This document shows, piece by piece, positions 46,264 through 56,237 of a DNA stretch of 64,000 bases. Each line of letters starts with the position of its first letter. Position 1 is the stretch's first letter. Below the pieces are notes generated by a model. The model was not told the DNA's origin. It worked only from the letters and a program-made list of their open reading frames with translations, and did not search any database. A program made the translations under genes and the position numbers. Origin of the DNA: Chloroflexota bacterium (GTDB lineage: Bacteria > Chloroflexota > Dehalococcoidia > Lucifugimonadales > UBA3495); assembly GCA_028875655.1 (NCBI GenBank), contig JAPPCX010000003.1, positions 522 to 64,521 of the forward strand, read 5' to 3'.

Positions 46264-46536
46264 TTATAACAACGCTCTGACCGCGTATTGAATCACCACC
46301 AGGATGACCATTACCACCAATGGGCTGAAGTCAATCATCCCGGTCTGCGGCAGCTTCCGCCGTATTGGGCCCAGCACCGGCTCCGTGAGGCTGAACACCA
46401 CCTCGTACACCTTGACCAGGGTTTCTGGAGCGCCGCTCCCCTGCATCGACATGTACTGCACCACGAACCCGAGGATGATCCGGGCCAGCAGCAGCAGGTA
46501 GCACAGCGTTATGAGGAGGCTGATCAGTTGCAGCAT
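46264..46536 (-). CDS. yggT: YggT family membrane protein
   Basis: TEPVLGPIRR.LP..GMIDFSPL. Confidence 0.9.
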   Translation of the reverse strand: MLQLISLLITLCYLLLLARIILGFVVQYMSMQGSGAPETLVKVYEVVFSLTEPVLGPIRRKLPQTGMIDFSPLVVMVILVVIQYAVRALL

Positions 46537-46543
46537 GACGGGT

Positions 46544-47347
46544 CTAGTCCTGGCCCAGCTTGATGGATTTCAGGTAAGCGGCGTTCACCGCGTCAACCAC
46601 CGCTGCCGGCACGCCGGCGCGCTCCAGCGCCTGCAAACCCTCTGCCGTAGTTCCACCCGGAGACGTAACCATATCCTTCAGCTCCGCCGGATGCCGGCCT
46701 GTCTGCACGACCAACTCGGTGCTGCCCTTCACGGTTTGCAGCGCCAACCGGCGCGCCACGTCCCGCGGCAGTCCCACGTACACTCCGGCGTCAATCATCG
46801 CTTCCAGGATCATAAAGACATACGCCGGGCCGCTGGCGCTCAACGCCGTTGCCATGTCCAGGTACTTCTCGTCATCGACGTAAATCTCGTCGCCAACGGT
46901 GGACAGAATCGCCGCCGTCGTGTCTCGGTGCGCCTTGCTCACCGAGGAGGCGCACGTCCACATCGTCATCCCCTCGCCAATCTGCGCCGGCGTGTTCGGC
47001 ATCACCCGGATGATACCGTTGTGCCGCATCCCCTCCGACAGGGATTTCATTTTGGCGCCGGCCACGATGGACATAATCGACTGGCCGTCGCTGAAGCCGC
47101 CGCCGATGTCTGAATATACCTTGGGCAAATCTTGCGGCTTCACCGCCATAACTACCAGATCCGAACCGTCAACCACCGCGCCATTGGCGTCCGAAACGCC
47201 CACGCCGTACCGCTCGGCCAGGTAGTCACGCCGCGCCGGTACCGGCTCGCCGATCATCACATCCCCCGCTGCGGCAACTCCGCCGTCCAGCATCCCGCCG
47301 AGGATCGCCTCGGCCATGGTTCCGCCGCCAATAAAGCCGATGTTCAT
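46544..47347 (-). CDS. proC: Pyrroline-5-carboxylate reductase
   Basis: FIGGGTMA, AVKPQ, RVMPNTP and VTSPGGTT motifs. Confidence 0.95.
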   Translation of the reverse strand: MNIGFIGGGTMAEAILGGMLDGGVAAAGDVMIGEPVPARRDYLAERYGVGVSDANGAVVDGSDLVVMAVKPQDLPKVYSDIGGGFSDGQSIMSIVAGAKMKSLSEGMRHNGIIRVMPNTPAQIGEGMTMWTCASSVSKAHRDTTAAILSTVGDEIYVDDEKYLDMATALSASGPAYVFMILEAMIDAGVYVGLPRDVARRLALQTVKGSTELVVQTGRHPAELKDMVTSPGGTTAEGLQALERAGVPAAVVDAVNAAYLKSIKLGQD

Positions 47348-47351
47348 CGCG

Positions 47352-48395
47352 CTATTCCTCGCCCCAGCCGTCCGCCAGCCCGTCGCCCCGGGCGAATGCC
47401 ACCGCCATGCGGATTGACTCCACCATCGACGTGTGGTCGGCCAGGTTCTTGCCGGCGATGTCGAACGCCGTCCCATGGTCCACCGACGTCCGAATGAACG
47501 GCAGCCCTAGGTTGGCGGTGATGCTTTCCTCGAATCCGTACACTTTGACCGGAATATGCCCCTGGTCGTGGTACATGCACAGCGTAACGTCGTACCGGTC
47601 CTGAATCGCCTGGTGGAAAATGATGTCCGCCGGCACCGGCCCAATCGCGTTGATGCCTTCGGACTGCGCCTGTTGTACCGCCGGCGCGATCTCCTCCGCT
47701 TCCTCGTTGCCCAGCAATCCGCCGTCGCTCCCGTGCGGATTCAACGCCGCCACGCCGATGCGCGGGTTGGCGAACCCCCACCGCCGGAAGTTATCGTCCG
47801 TCAGCCGCAGGTAGTCCAGTATCCGGTCCTGCTTCACGTAGTCGCAGGCCACCCGCAGCGAACGGTGCGTAGTCAGGTGGACCACCCGCAAGTTTTTCGC
47901 CATCAGCATGGTGGCCACGGTCCTGGCGCCCGAAAGCTCTTGCAGCAATTCCATGTGCCCGATGGCTTCGTAGCCCGCCATCGCCGCCGCTTCCTTGTTC
48001 AGCGGCGCCGTCGCCAGACCGTCAACCACGCCGGCCATGGCCAGCTGACCGGCCTTGCTCACCCACTCCATCGCCGCCTTGCCGCATGGCACACTGATCT
48101 CGCCCACCGTGATGTCTTCCGAATTCAGGTTGCCGATGTCCACCACGTCAATCCTGGTGGGGTCTTCGCCCGATGAAGTCGGGTCGTCGGTGTGATTGAT
48201 GCCCATGGGCAGGCCCGTCAGCGCGGCCGCCTGCTCCATAGCGTACACGTTGCCGATCACTACCGGCCGGCACGCGGCGTAAACTCGCGGGTCCGCCAGC
48301 GCCTTGACCACCACCTCCGGCCCGATGCCGCAGGGGTCGCCCATGGTAATCGCGATGGCCGGACGGGTAATTGTGGTGCCGTTTGCTTCGGGCAT
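47352..48395 (-). CDS. pdxA: PdxA-family 4-hydroxythreonine-4-phosphate dehydrogenase
   Basis: MGDPCGIGPE, NPH, MYHDQGHIP and RTSVDHGTAFDIAG motifs. Confidence 0.92.
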   Translation of the reverse strand: MPEANGTTITRPAIAITMGDPCGIGPEVVVKALADPRVYAACRPVVIGNVYAMEQAAALTGLPMGINHTDDPTSSGEDPTRIDVVDIGNLNSEDITVGEISVPCGKAAMEWVSKAGQLAMAGVVDGLATAPLNKEAAAMAGYEAIGHMELLQELSGARTVATMLMAKNLRVVHLTTHRSLRVACDYVKQDRILDYLRLTDDNFRRWGFANPRIGVAALNPHGSDGGLLGNEEAEEIAPAVQQAQSEGINAIGPVPADIIFHQAIQDRYDVTLCMYHDQGHIPVKVYGFEESITANLGLPFIRTSVDHGTAFDIAGKNLADHTSMVESIRMAVAFARGDGLADGWGEE

Positions 48396-48458
48396 TATGC
48401 GCCTCGCGTCGTCGAAAAGCAGGTCCCAACTCGGTGGTGTCGGATTATAGCACTCTGC

Positions 48459-50987
48459 TCACTCGCACTTGTTCCAGCCGCACGAATAGCAGGTTGAACA
48501 GCCCTCCTGGTTCACCACCGCTCCGTTGCACTCCGGGCACCGTTGCGAGTACGCCAGCCCGGCCGCCATCGGGGCGGCGTGTCCGTTGCCGTTGCCATGA
48601 CCGTTCCCGTTCCCGGTTTCGGACGTTGCGTTGCCGTTTCCTACCAGAGTTCCCGGCGGCAGGAATGAGCGCACTTCCGGTCCGTCACCGCCGTACCCGG
48701 GTAGCCCGGATGGCAGCGTCAACTGCACCCCGTCCGGCGCGTTGGATTCACCGTCCAATCCTCCCGTCAGGTTGTCCAGCACAATGGCTACGGCGTCCGG
48801 ACCGGACCGGACCAGCGTTCCGTCGTCCCACGCCGGACAGCAGGTTATCCCCCGCAGTTGCCGCGTCACCTCGCTGGTGTCGATGCCGGCTCGCAGCGCC
48901 AGCGACACCAGTCGAGACACCGCTTCCAGCAACGCCGCGTCGCAGCCGCCGGCCTTGCCCATCGTCCCGAACACCTCAAACGGTTTGCCCACGTCGTCCA
49001 GGTTCACGGTTACGTACATGTTCCCGTGTCCTGTCCGTACCCGCTCGGTGATGCCCTGGATTTTCCGGGGACGCTCGCGCGGAACTCGCGGCCCAGGCAC
49101 CTCAATCTCCACAACGGCCGGCTGTGTGCCGGTTTCGGACGCTTCTTCATTTGTGCCGGTGCTCAACACCTGCTCGGCCTTGCTGCCGTCCCGGTACACC
49201 GTGATCCCTTTGCAGCCCAGGGCATACGCCGACTGGTACGCTTCGGCGACATCATCCACCGTCGCGTCGTGGGGGAAGTTGATGGTCTTGGACACCGCGT
49301 TGTCGGTGTACTTCTGGAACGCGCCCTGCATTTTGACGTGCCATCGGGGATCGATGTCGTGCGATACCCTGAAAACCTCTTTAACCCAACCCGGAACGTC
49401 CAGATCTTCCAGCGAACCCACGGCGGCCAGTTGCTCCATCAGCTCTTTTGAGTAGAACCCTTCGTTTCGGGCCACCGCCTCAAAGTAGTTGTTGCCTTCC
49501 ACCAACCGCGTGTTGTCCATCACGTTCCGCACGTAGGACAGCGCGAACAGCGGCTCAATCCCGCTGGACGCGCCGGCGATGATGCTGATGGTTCCCGTCG
49601 GCGCGATGGTAACGGGAGCCGAATTTCGCATCCGCTGCGGGTTTTCTCCCCGGTTGTACGCGCTCCGCTCCCATTCCGGGAATGGGCCGCGCGCCTCCGC
49701 CAGCTCTTCGGACGCCCGGTAGGTTTCCCGCTGGATGAACTGCATCACCCGTTCCGCCAGTTCCAGGGCCTCGTCGCTGTCGTAACGAACTCCCATCTGG
49801 ATCAATAGATCCGACCAGCCCATCACGCCCAGGCCGATGCGCCGCGTCCGGCGGCTCATGTCGGCAATCTCATCAATGGGGTAGTCGTTCATGTCGATGA
49901 CGCTGTCCAGCATGTGAACCGCGGTCCCGATTACCTCCGACATCCGCTCCCAATCGATCGCCACGTCGTCCCCGTCGTACTGCACCATCCGTGCTAGGTT
50001 CAGTGAACCCAGGTTGCACGACTCATAGGGCAGCAGAGGCTGCTCGCCGCAGGGGTTCGTGCTCTCAATATCCCCCAGCTGCGGGTTCGGGTTGTCCCGG
50101 TTGATTCGGTCCAGGAAGACTATTCCGGGGTCCCCCGTCCGCCAGGCCAGTTCCGTCATCCGTTCGAACACTTCCCTGGCGTTCAGCTGGCCGGTAATCC
50201 GCCCGGTGCGCGGGTTCACCAGGTCATACGCCTGGTCATGTTCCACCCGGCGCATGAAGTCTTCCGTGACTGCCACCGAGATGTTGAAGTTGCTCAGGTG
50301 TAGGCCATCCTCTTTGGACGTTATGAACGACAGGATGTCCGGGTGCGTCACGTGCAGGATGCCCATGTTCGCGCCCCGGCGGGTCCCGCCCTGCTTCACC
50401 ACGTCCGTGGCGGCGTCAAAAGCGTTGATGAAGCTCACCGGGCCGGACGCCACGCCTCCCGTGGAGCCGACCACGTCCCCTTCCGGCCGCAGCCTGGAGA
50501 ACGCGAAACCGGTGCCGCCGCCGCTCTTGTGAATCAGCGCCGTTTGCTTCACCTTCGTGAAGATCGAGTCCAGGGAGTCCTCAACAGGCAGCACGAAGCA
50601 GGCCGATAGCTGCTGCAACTCCCGGCCCGCGTTCATCAGCGTCGGTGAGTTGGGCAGAAATTCCAGGCGACGCATCACCTGGTAAAAGGCATCCTCGGTA
50701 GCCTGCCGCTTTGCTTCGGTAGCGCCATACTCCAACTCCGATTGGGAAAGGTTGCAGGCCACGCGACGGAACATGCCGTCCGGGTCCTCCAGGACCTTCC
50801 CTTCCCGGTCCTTGGAAAGATAGCGCCGTTGCAGCACTACTCTGGCGTTGTCGGTCAGCTCGCCGGTCCGTTCGTTATAGGACTCGGCGATGCCGGCCGC
50901 TGCCATTGCATCCCGAATGCGCCGCCTTATCGATACCGCAGTATCACGATCAACCTTCTCCGTCATGCTGGTTGCCCTGGCCTCCAC
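48459..50987 (-). CDS. nrdJ: Class II (adenosylcobalamin-dependent) ribonucleotide reductase
   Basis: PNSPTL, SACFV, TNPCGEQ and TIAPTGT motifs; C-terminal TSCPD-like domain and CxxC...CxxC zinc ribbon. Confidence 0.93.
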   Translation of the reverse strand: MEARATSMTEKVDRDTAVSIRRRIRDAMAAAGIAESYNERTGELTDNARVVLQRRYLSKDREGKVLEDPDGMFRRVACNLSQSELEYGATEAKRQATEDAFYQVMRRLEFLPNSPTLMNAGRELQQLSACFVLPVEDSLDSIFTKVKQTALIHKSGGGTGFAFSRLRPEGDVVGSTGGVASGPVSFINAFDAATDVVKQGGTRRGANMGILHVTHPDILSFITSKEDGLHLSNFNISVAVTEDFMRRVEHDQAYDLVNPRTGRITGQLNAREVFERMTELAWRTGDPGIVFLDRINRDNPNPQLGDIESTNPCGEQPLLPYESCNLGSLNLARMVQYDGDDVAIDWERMSEVIGTAVHMLDSVIDMNDYPIDEIADMSRRTRRIGLGVMGWSDLLIQMGVRYDSDEALELAERVMQFIQRETYRASEELAEARGPFPEWERSAYNRGENPQRMRNSAPVTIAPTGTISIIAGASSGIEPLFALSYVRNVMDNTRLVEGNNYFEAVARNEGFYSKELMEQLAAVGSLEDLDVPGWVKEVFRVSHDIDPRWHVKMQGAFQKYTDNAVSKTINFPHDATVDDVAEAYQSAYALGCKGITVYRDGSKAEQVLSTGTNEEASETGTQPAVVEIEVPGPRVPRERPRKIQGITERVRTGHGNMYVTVNLDDVGKPFEVFGTMGKAGGCDAALLEAVSRLVSLALRAGIDTSEVTRQLRGITCCPAWDDGTLVRSGPDAVAIVLDNLTGGLDGESNAPDGVQLTLPSGLPGYGGDGPEVRSFLPPGTLVGNGNATSETGNGNGHGNGNGHAAPMAAGLAYSQRCPECNGAVVNQEGCSTCYSCGWNKCE

Positions 50988-51012
50988 GATTTCCTCCCTG
51001 CAAGTGTGCCGG

Positions 51013-51555
51013 CTAATATGCGCCGGCTTTTTCCATATGGTTCAGGGCTTTCAGCCTCGCTGACAGTTCCAGGTCGAACTTCAACCCCTTGTAAAAGTAG
51101 AGCACCGGGATTTCGCGCGCCGGCCTCCAGTCAATGCCCGTGAGGCTTGCGGCAAGGTCCTGCGCCCTTTGGAAAGCGCCGGCGTGGTAAGACCCCTGCC
51201 GCGTGACCAGACGCACCACGCCGGTGGTCATCACGATGCCGAATCCGGTCAGCGTGTCCCCCACCATGTCCGCGAAGTCCTTTAACGCCCCATCAGCGAA
51301 TCGGTGCCCCGAAGTCATCCGCATCGCCAAGCCGGTGCTGGTGCTCTTGCAACTGGTCACCGGAAAAGCCGTTCGCAGTTGCCTCGCGATCCGCGACGCA
51401 TACCCTTCCGGGCACGGGCCGCAGTTGATTTCAACATTGTACTGAACAATCTGTTGCATCAGTTCAAGCTCCGAAGCCACTGGCTCCTGAAGGCGCGCGA
51501 GCCGAAAGCCGGTCGGCTCTGCGCGCCGCGTTGTCGTGTCGTCCCTTTTACGCAA
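51013..51555 (-). CDS. Hypothetical protein with CGPC motif
   Basis: 180-aa ORF, GAGGAGG SD before TTG, overlaps the upstream ORF, ends 25 nt before nrdJ. Confidence 0.6.
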   Translation of the reverse strand: MRKRDDTTTRRAEPTGFRLARLQEPVASELELMQQIVQYNVEINCGPCPEGYASRIARQLRTAFPVTSCKSTSTGLAMRMTSGHRFADGALKDFADMVGDTLTGFGIVMTTGVVRLVTRQGSYHAGAFQRAQDLAASLTGIDWRPAREIPVLYFYKGLKFDLELSARLKALNHMEKAGAY

Positions 51556-51856
51556 AAAGGTCGTCCTCCTCTCGCTGAACCGGCAAGGCTGCCCAGCAGC
51601 TCACCAGGCAAGCGCGGGACTCACGGTCCATATCGTCTTGCAGTTCCGCGAAGGGGTTCGGTATCCACGATTCGCCATCGTCCACGTCGCTGGTCTCCCA
51701 AGCCGACGGGACCCACATCTTCCGCAGCATCTCCTCCATGTCGTGAACCCGGTTGTTGTGGGTTAATAGCCTCGTAAAGGCGGAGTACTGAACGCTGCTG
51801 CTCATGATGGTGTCAAACACCTCCATCAAATGTAGTGGTTGGCGAGCAGTAAGCAT
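51548..51856 (-). CDS. Small acidic hypothetical protein
   Basis: 102-aa ORF co-directional between nrdR and nrdJ, AGGGGA SD. Confidence 0.55.
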   Translation of the reverse strand: MLTARQPLHLMEVFDTIMSSSVQYSAFTRLLTHNNRVHDMEEMLRKMWVPSAWETSDVDDGESWIPNPFAELQDDMDRESRACLVSCWAALPVQREEDDLFA

Positions 51857-51900
51857 TAGAAAATCCCCTACGGCAACGGTGGCTGATGCCGTGGTTTGGG

Positions 51901-52446
51901 TTACGATTTGGGCCGGTTGGCTGAACCGCTTTGGCGTGTGGCGCGCCTCTGCCGGGTGCGCCGCGAGGAGATCGCGGCCACGCTCAGCAACGGTTCCGGT
52001 TGGCCCTCCCGCAGGGTGCGGGCACGTTCTTCAAAGTCGGCGGCGTTCTGAAAGTCGTAATAGACCGATGCGTAGCGCATGTACGCCACTTCATCCAGCG
52101 GACGAAGCCGCTCCAGCACCATCAAGCCCAAGTCCCTGGACTGCACCAGTCCGCTTCCCAGCCGCTGCAATTCCGTTTCTATGTCGTCGATCAGTCGGTC
52201 CACGTCCCGCCCCGGTATGGGCCTCCGGGTGCAGGCCATATTCACTCCGGTGAGCAATTTCTGGCGGTCAAATTCCTGCCGCCGGCCGTCCCTTTTCTCC
52301 ACAAGCAGCGCCGGCAGCCTGACCAGTTCGTGGGTCGTAAACCGACGCCCGCAGGACAGGCATTCGCGCCGTCGCCGGATGCCGTTCTCCGTATCCCGGG
52401 AGTCGGTCACCTTGCTCTGGTTCTCTTCGCAATATGGACATTTCAT
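51901..52446 (-). CDS. nrdR: Transcriptional repressor NrdR
   Basis: MKCPYC...DSR...IRRRRECLSCGRRFTT zinc ribbon; ATP-cone; AYMRYASVY. Confidence 0.95.
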   Translation of the reverse strand: MKCPYCEENQSKVTDSRDTENGIRRRRECLSCGRRFTTHELVRLPALLVEKRDGRRQEFDRQKLLTGVNMACTRRPIPGRDVDRLIDDIETELQRLGSGLVQSRDLGLMVLERLRPLDEVAYMRYASVYYDFQNAADFEERARTLREGQPEPLLSVAAISSRRTRQRRATRQSGSANRPKS

Positions 52447-52490
52447 AAAGTTGGTTGCCTTTTGGTCAAGTTTTCAAACAATTTTTGAAA

Positions 52491-52537
52491 ACAGCATATA
52501 TTGTGCTTTCGCACGCAATGACCACAATTTCTTGTAT
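52491..52537 (-). promoter_or_regulatory. Tandem NrdR boxes
   Basis: ACAGCATATATTGTGC (52491-52506) and CCACAATTTCTTGTAT (52522-52537), 31 nt apart, resembling acaCwAtATaTwGtgt. Confidence 0.7.
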
Positions 52538-52542
52538 GCCGG

Positions 52543-52573
52543 ATTATAGACCAGTCCCTCGCAAGCCTGTCAA
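52543..52573 (-). promoter_or_regulatory. Sigma70 promoter of the nrdR operon
   Basis: TTGACA-N19-TATAAT on the minus strand, immediately upstream of the NrdR boxes. Confidence 0.65.
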
Positions 52574-52686
52574 TTTACTTCCGGCCAGAGTTTTCCGCAA
52601 TTTTCGCCGGTCCGGCCCCGCGCCGCCGCCAACCCAACACTGGAAATCCCCAAATCCGGCAAATGCTGATCACGACGATCCCAATG

Positions 52687-52719
52687 AAAAGCCCCGGCTC
52701 CGCGCTGGAGCCGGGGCTT
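52687..52719 (-). terminator. Intrinsic terminator after ftsZ
   Basis: AAGCCCCGGCTCC-N5-GGAGCCGGGGCTT hairpin with a short T-run on the minus strand. Confidence 0.75.
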
Positions 52720-52741
52720 GTGGTAGGCAATTTTTCCGGGC

Positions 52742-53884
52742 TTACCGGAAGAAACCCCTCCGATTCTGCCGGTGCTGCAGGAACGTCGGCAACTCGTAGT
52801 CGCTCCGTTCAGGAACGTCCATATCGCCCAGCAACTTCGCGATGTCGTCCTCGGCTTCCAGCGATTGCTCCGGGAAATCCGCCGCCACCATCGTCATCTT
52901 CACCTCGTCCTCCAGACGGGCATCCTTGTTGGTTCCGAAGATGATGTTGGCGTTGGGATCCGCCAACTCTTCAACAACCGCCGCCGCGTCCTGCACCTCC
53001 TGCAGCGACAGGTTGTTGCCGCCCGTCAACACAAACAGAATCCGACGTGCGCCTTCCAGGGACATGTCGAGCATCGGGCTGTCGGTGCACTGGCGCGCCG
53101 CGTCCTTGGCGCGCTCCGGGCCCCGGCCTCGTCCTATCGACAGCCAGGCCTGCCCGGCTCCGTTTAGAATCGTCTTCACGTCTGCGAAGTCAACGTTGAT
53201 CTCACCGGGAACCGTAACCACCTCAGCGATGGCGCTGATCCCCTGGTGCAGCACCGAGTCCGCCAGTTTGAGGGCGTCTTCCCACGAATAGGAGTCAGAT
53301 TGCTCCTCGTTCAGGGACAACAGCCGGTCGTTGGGAATCACGATCATCGTGTCCACCTGGTCCCGCAGCTTTTCCAGGCCTTCCTCGGCGTTACGCCGCC
53401 GAGTCTGCGCCTCAAAGCCGAAGGGGCGGCTGACCACCGCTATGGTGAGGGCTCCGCATTCCTTGGCGACTTGAGCTACTAACGGCGCCGCGCCGGTGCC
53501 CGTTCCACCGCCCATGCCGACTGCGACGAAAACCATGTCAGCTCCCTGCATGGCTTGCTGGATTTCGGAGCGCGACTCCTCGGCCGCCTGCCGGCCCAGT
53601 TCCGGTTGCGCTCCTGCTCCTAGCCCGCGGGTCAGATTGCGCCCCAACGCTATACGATAGTGCACGTCGCATCGCGCCAGGTGTTGGGCGTCCGTATTCA
53701 GGGCGTAGTACTCCACCACCAGCAGCTTGTCCTTGTACATGCGGCTCACCGCGTTTGATCCCCCGCCGCCAACACCCACCACCTTGATGAGCGGAACGCC
53801 GCGGCCGATTTCCGGAAACATGCCGTCGCTCTCCTCAAAACCGCCAGCCGGTTCCCATGATGCGGAATTGTCGGGGAAAATCAT
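52742..53884 (-). CDS. ftsZ: Cell division protein FtsZ
   Basis: GVGGGGSNA, NTDAQ, GMGGGTGTGAAP, INVDFAD and C-terminal LPTFL. Confidence 0.96.
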   Translation of the reverse strand: MIFPDNSASWEPAGGFEESDGMFPEIGRGVPLIKVVGVGGGGSNAVSRMYKDKLLVVEYYALNTDAQHLARCDVHYRIALGRNLTRGLGAGAQPELGRQAAEESRSEIQQAMQGADMVFVAVGMGGGTGTGAAPLVAQVAKECGALTIAVVSRPFGFEAQTRRRNAEEGLEKLRDQVDTMIVIPNDRLLSLNEEQSDSYSWEDALKLADSVLHQGISAIAEVVTVPGEINVDFADVKTILNGAGQAWLSIGRGRGPERAKDAARQCTDSPMLDMSLEGARRILFVLTGGNNLSLQEVQDAAAVVEELADPNANIIFGTNKDARLEDEVKMTMVAADFPEQSLEAEDDIAKLLGDMDVPERSDYELPTFLQHRQNRRGFFR

Positions 53885-53949
53885 ATCGTGGTTCCTCCTG
53901 ATGTTGGCGCGCCTTTGACGCTCTGGTTGGATTCTTTATTCCTGGTTAG

Positions 53950-55239
53950 CTATTCCTGGCTAACGGTCTCTTGGTTAGCCGTCTCTCTTGCGCCTGCTTT
54001 TGCGAACGGCCGGCGGAACAGTGACCGGCGCGACCGGACCTCTTCGCCTTCTCCACTCGTTGACCCGCCGCGCGAGGACAAATGGCGATGTTTCACCGCC
54101 CATTGCAAGGATCCCAGGGCTGCGGCGAACTCCGGTTGCCGCAACGATTCGGGCAACCCCGCATACCACAGCGGCGCTCCTACCCTTACCTGCGTCCTGA
54201 ATCCGCGCGACGTCATCTCGGCAAGCCCGCGCATCCTGGCCCCTCCCCCCGTCAGCACGATCCCTCCCGGCAGATCCGTCAGTTCGGCCTTGCACAATTC
54301 CGCGTGTACCAGCTTCAACATCTGCAAACATCGCAGGTACAGCGGTTCGCAAAGCTCCCGTCGCTGCATCACTCGTTTCGGATGCATCTGCGTGTCCGGC
54401 AGCAGGACTTCGTCCGTCGGCGGCAGGTCGTCGGGCAGCGCGTGGCCGTGCTCTATTTTCAGCTCTTCGGCCATCTGGTACGGAACCCGCAGAGACACCG
54501 CCAGGTCGCGGGTCAGTTGATTGCTGCCCATCGCCACTACCGATGAGTAGTAAGGAGTTCCGCCACGGTACACTGCCAACTTCATCGTCCCGGCCCCTAT
54601 GTCCACCACCGCAACGCCCATCTCGCGCTCATCCGCCGTCAACACGCCCTCCGCGGAGGCCAGCGGATGCGCTACCAATCCATCCACCTGCACCTTGCAC
54701 GACTGCAACGCCCTGACTGTGTTGCCCAGAGGTATCGACGTCCCCCGCACTACGTGGGCCTCCAGCTGCAATTCGTTGGTGTGCAACCCCGTGGGATTGC
54801 GGACGCCTTCAATGCCGTCCAGCCGGTAACGCATGGGAATGATGTGCAGCGTCTGCTGGCTCTTGCTGTCGGCTTCCCGTAACGTCCCGGCCGCGCCGCT
54901 GATCAACGAGCGCAGGTGCTGGTCGGTCACCGTCACCGGCTCCTCGCCGTTGCTTAATCCTTCCGCAGTGTTGAAGCCAGTCAGGTGTTCGCCGTTCATC
55001 ACGGCGTAAACTCCGCCCAGGGGATTGCGCCCCATGTATCTCAGGCATTCGTCAAGGCACTCGCGAATCCCCTCCCGGACTTCGCTGAAGTCGTCAATGA
55101 CTCCTTGCTGTACGCCAAGCGAAGGCACAATCCCCATGCCCAGGGGCTTCAGCTCGCCCTCCGGCCCCAGCCTGGCCACCACTGACACTATTTTGCTCGT
55201 CCCGATATCGATGACGGCGTAAATCGGTTCCCTTGCCAT
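53950..55239 (-). CDS. ftsA: Cell division protein FtsA
   Basis: DIGTSKI, DIGAGT, AEELKI and VLTGGGA motifs. Confidence 0.93.
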   Translation of the reverse strand: MAREPIYAVIDIGTSKIVSVVARLGPEGELKPLGMGIVPSLGVQQGVIDDFSEVREGIRECLDECLRYMGRNPLGGVYAVMNGEHLTGFNTAEGLSNGEEPVTVTDQHLRSLISGAAGTLREADSKSQQTLHIIPMRYRLDGIEGVRNPTGLHTNELQLEAHVVRGTSIPLGNTVRALQSCKVQVDGLVAHPLASAEGVLTADEREMGVAVVDIGAGTMKLAVYRGGTPYYSSVVAMGSNQLTRDLAVSLRVPYQMAEELKIEHGHALPDDLPPTDEVLLPDTQMHPKRVMQRRELCEPLYLRCLQMLKLVHAELCKAELTDLPGGIVLTGGGARMRGLAEMTSRGFRTQVRVGAPLWYAGLPESLRQPEFAAALGSLQWAVKHRHLSSRGGSTSGEGEEVRSRRSLFRRPFAKAGARETANQETVSQE

Positions 55240-55271
55240 TATCGAGGTTCCCTCTCTCCAAATGTCCTGAC

Positions 55272-56237
55272 TTATATCCGTTCCGCGACCCTCAACCGGG
55301 CGCTGCGGCTCCGGGGGTTGATGGTCTGCTCCTCCTCTGACGGTCGGACCGTGCGCCGCCGCACCGAGCGGAACCTTGGCTGCTGTTCACATGCGCACAC
55401 CGGCAAGTCGGGCGGACAGATGCACGCCGCCGTCTCCCGGTCGACCCAGTCCTTCACCAACCGGTCTTCCAAGCTGTGGTAGCTGATGACCGCCACGCGC
55501 CCGCCCGGTTTCAACAATTCTCCCGCCGCCGCCAGCCCTGCCTCCACGTGCGTCAACTCCCCGTTTACGGCGATGCGCAGCGCCTGGAATGTCCGCGTCG
55601 CCGGGTGCCGCCCACCCCGTCGTCCGCCGACGGACCGCGCCACCACCTGGGCCAGTTGTCCGGTGGTCAAAACGGGCCGGCTACTCAGGATCGCCCGCGC
55701 GATGGCCCGACTCCTCCGCTCTTCGCCATACTGGAAAATCACGTCGGCCAACTCCCGCTCGCTCAGCGTATTGACCAGGTCCGCCGCCGTTTCCCCCGAT
55801 CGGTCGTACCGCATATCCAGGGGTTCATCCGTCTGGAACGAAAAGCCGTACCCGGCCGCGCTTACCTGGCGCGACGAAAATCCCAGGTCCAGGAGAATCC
55901 CGTCAACGGCGTTGATGCCATTGGACTCGGCGATCCGCTGCATGTCCGCGTAGTTTCCGTGTGCCAGTCTGGCCCGGGTCCCGAATGCGTCCAGCCGTCG
56001 CCGCGCCACCGCCAGGGAGCGCGGATCCCGGTCTATTCCCAGCACCACGCCGTCCGGCCCCGACGCTTCCAGTATCCGCTGCGAGTGGCCTCCCTCGCCC
56101 AAGGTGCCGTCCACGTACACTCCGCCCGCCGATACCGCCAGGAATTGCAGCGTTTCTTCGAGCAGAACCGGACGATGGATCACTTCCCCGTCGTCGCGCT
56201 CCGCCGGGGCGAATCCATGACGCGCAGTCAACGACAT
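55272..56237 (-). CDS. rsmH: 16S rRNA m4C1402 methyltransferase
   Basis: HRPVLL, DGTLGEGGHS, DLGFSS, TRTFQALRIAVN and SYHSLEDR motifs. Start is uncertain (56183-56300). Confidence 0.94.
   Translation of the reverse strand: MSLTARHGFAPAERDDGEVIHRPVLLEETLQFLAVSAGGVYVDGTLGEGGHSQRILEASGPDGVVLGIDRDPRSLAVARRRLDAFGTRARLAHGNYADMQRIAESNGINAVDGILLDLGFSSRQVSAAGYGFSFQTDEPLDMRYDRSGETAADLVNTLSERELADVIFQYGEERRSRAIARAILSSRPVLTTGQLAQVVARSVGGRRGGRHPATRTFQALRIAVNGELTHVEAGLAAAGELLKPGGRVAVISYHSLEDRLVKDWVDRETAACICPPDLPVCACEQQPRFRSVRRRTVRPSEEEQTINPRSRSARLRVAERI

Noticed and set aside
48459-50987. Intein or intron in nrdJ; cobalamin riboswitch upstream
   Set aside because: The core motifs are contiguous (TNPCGEQ uninterrupted). 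The extra length is the C-terminal domain plus a Gly/Asn-rich linker, and the 25-nt gap upstream leaves no room for a riboswitch.
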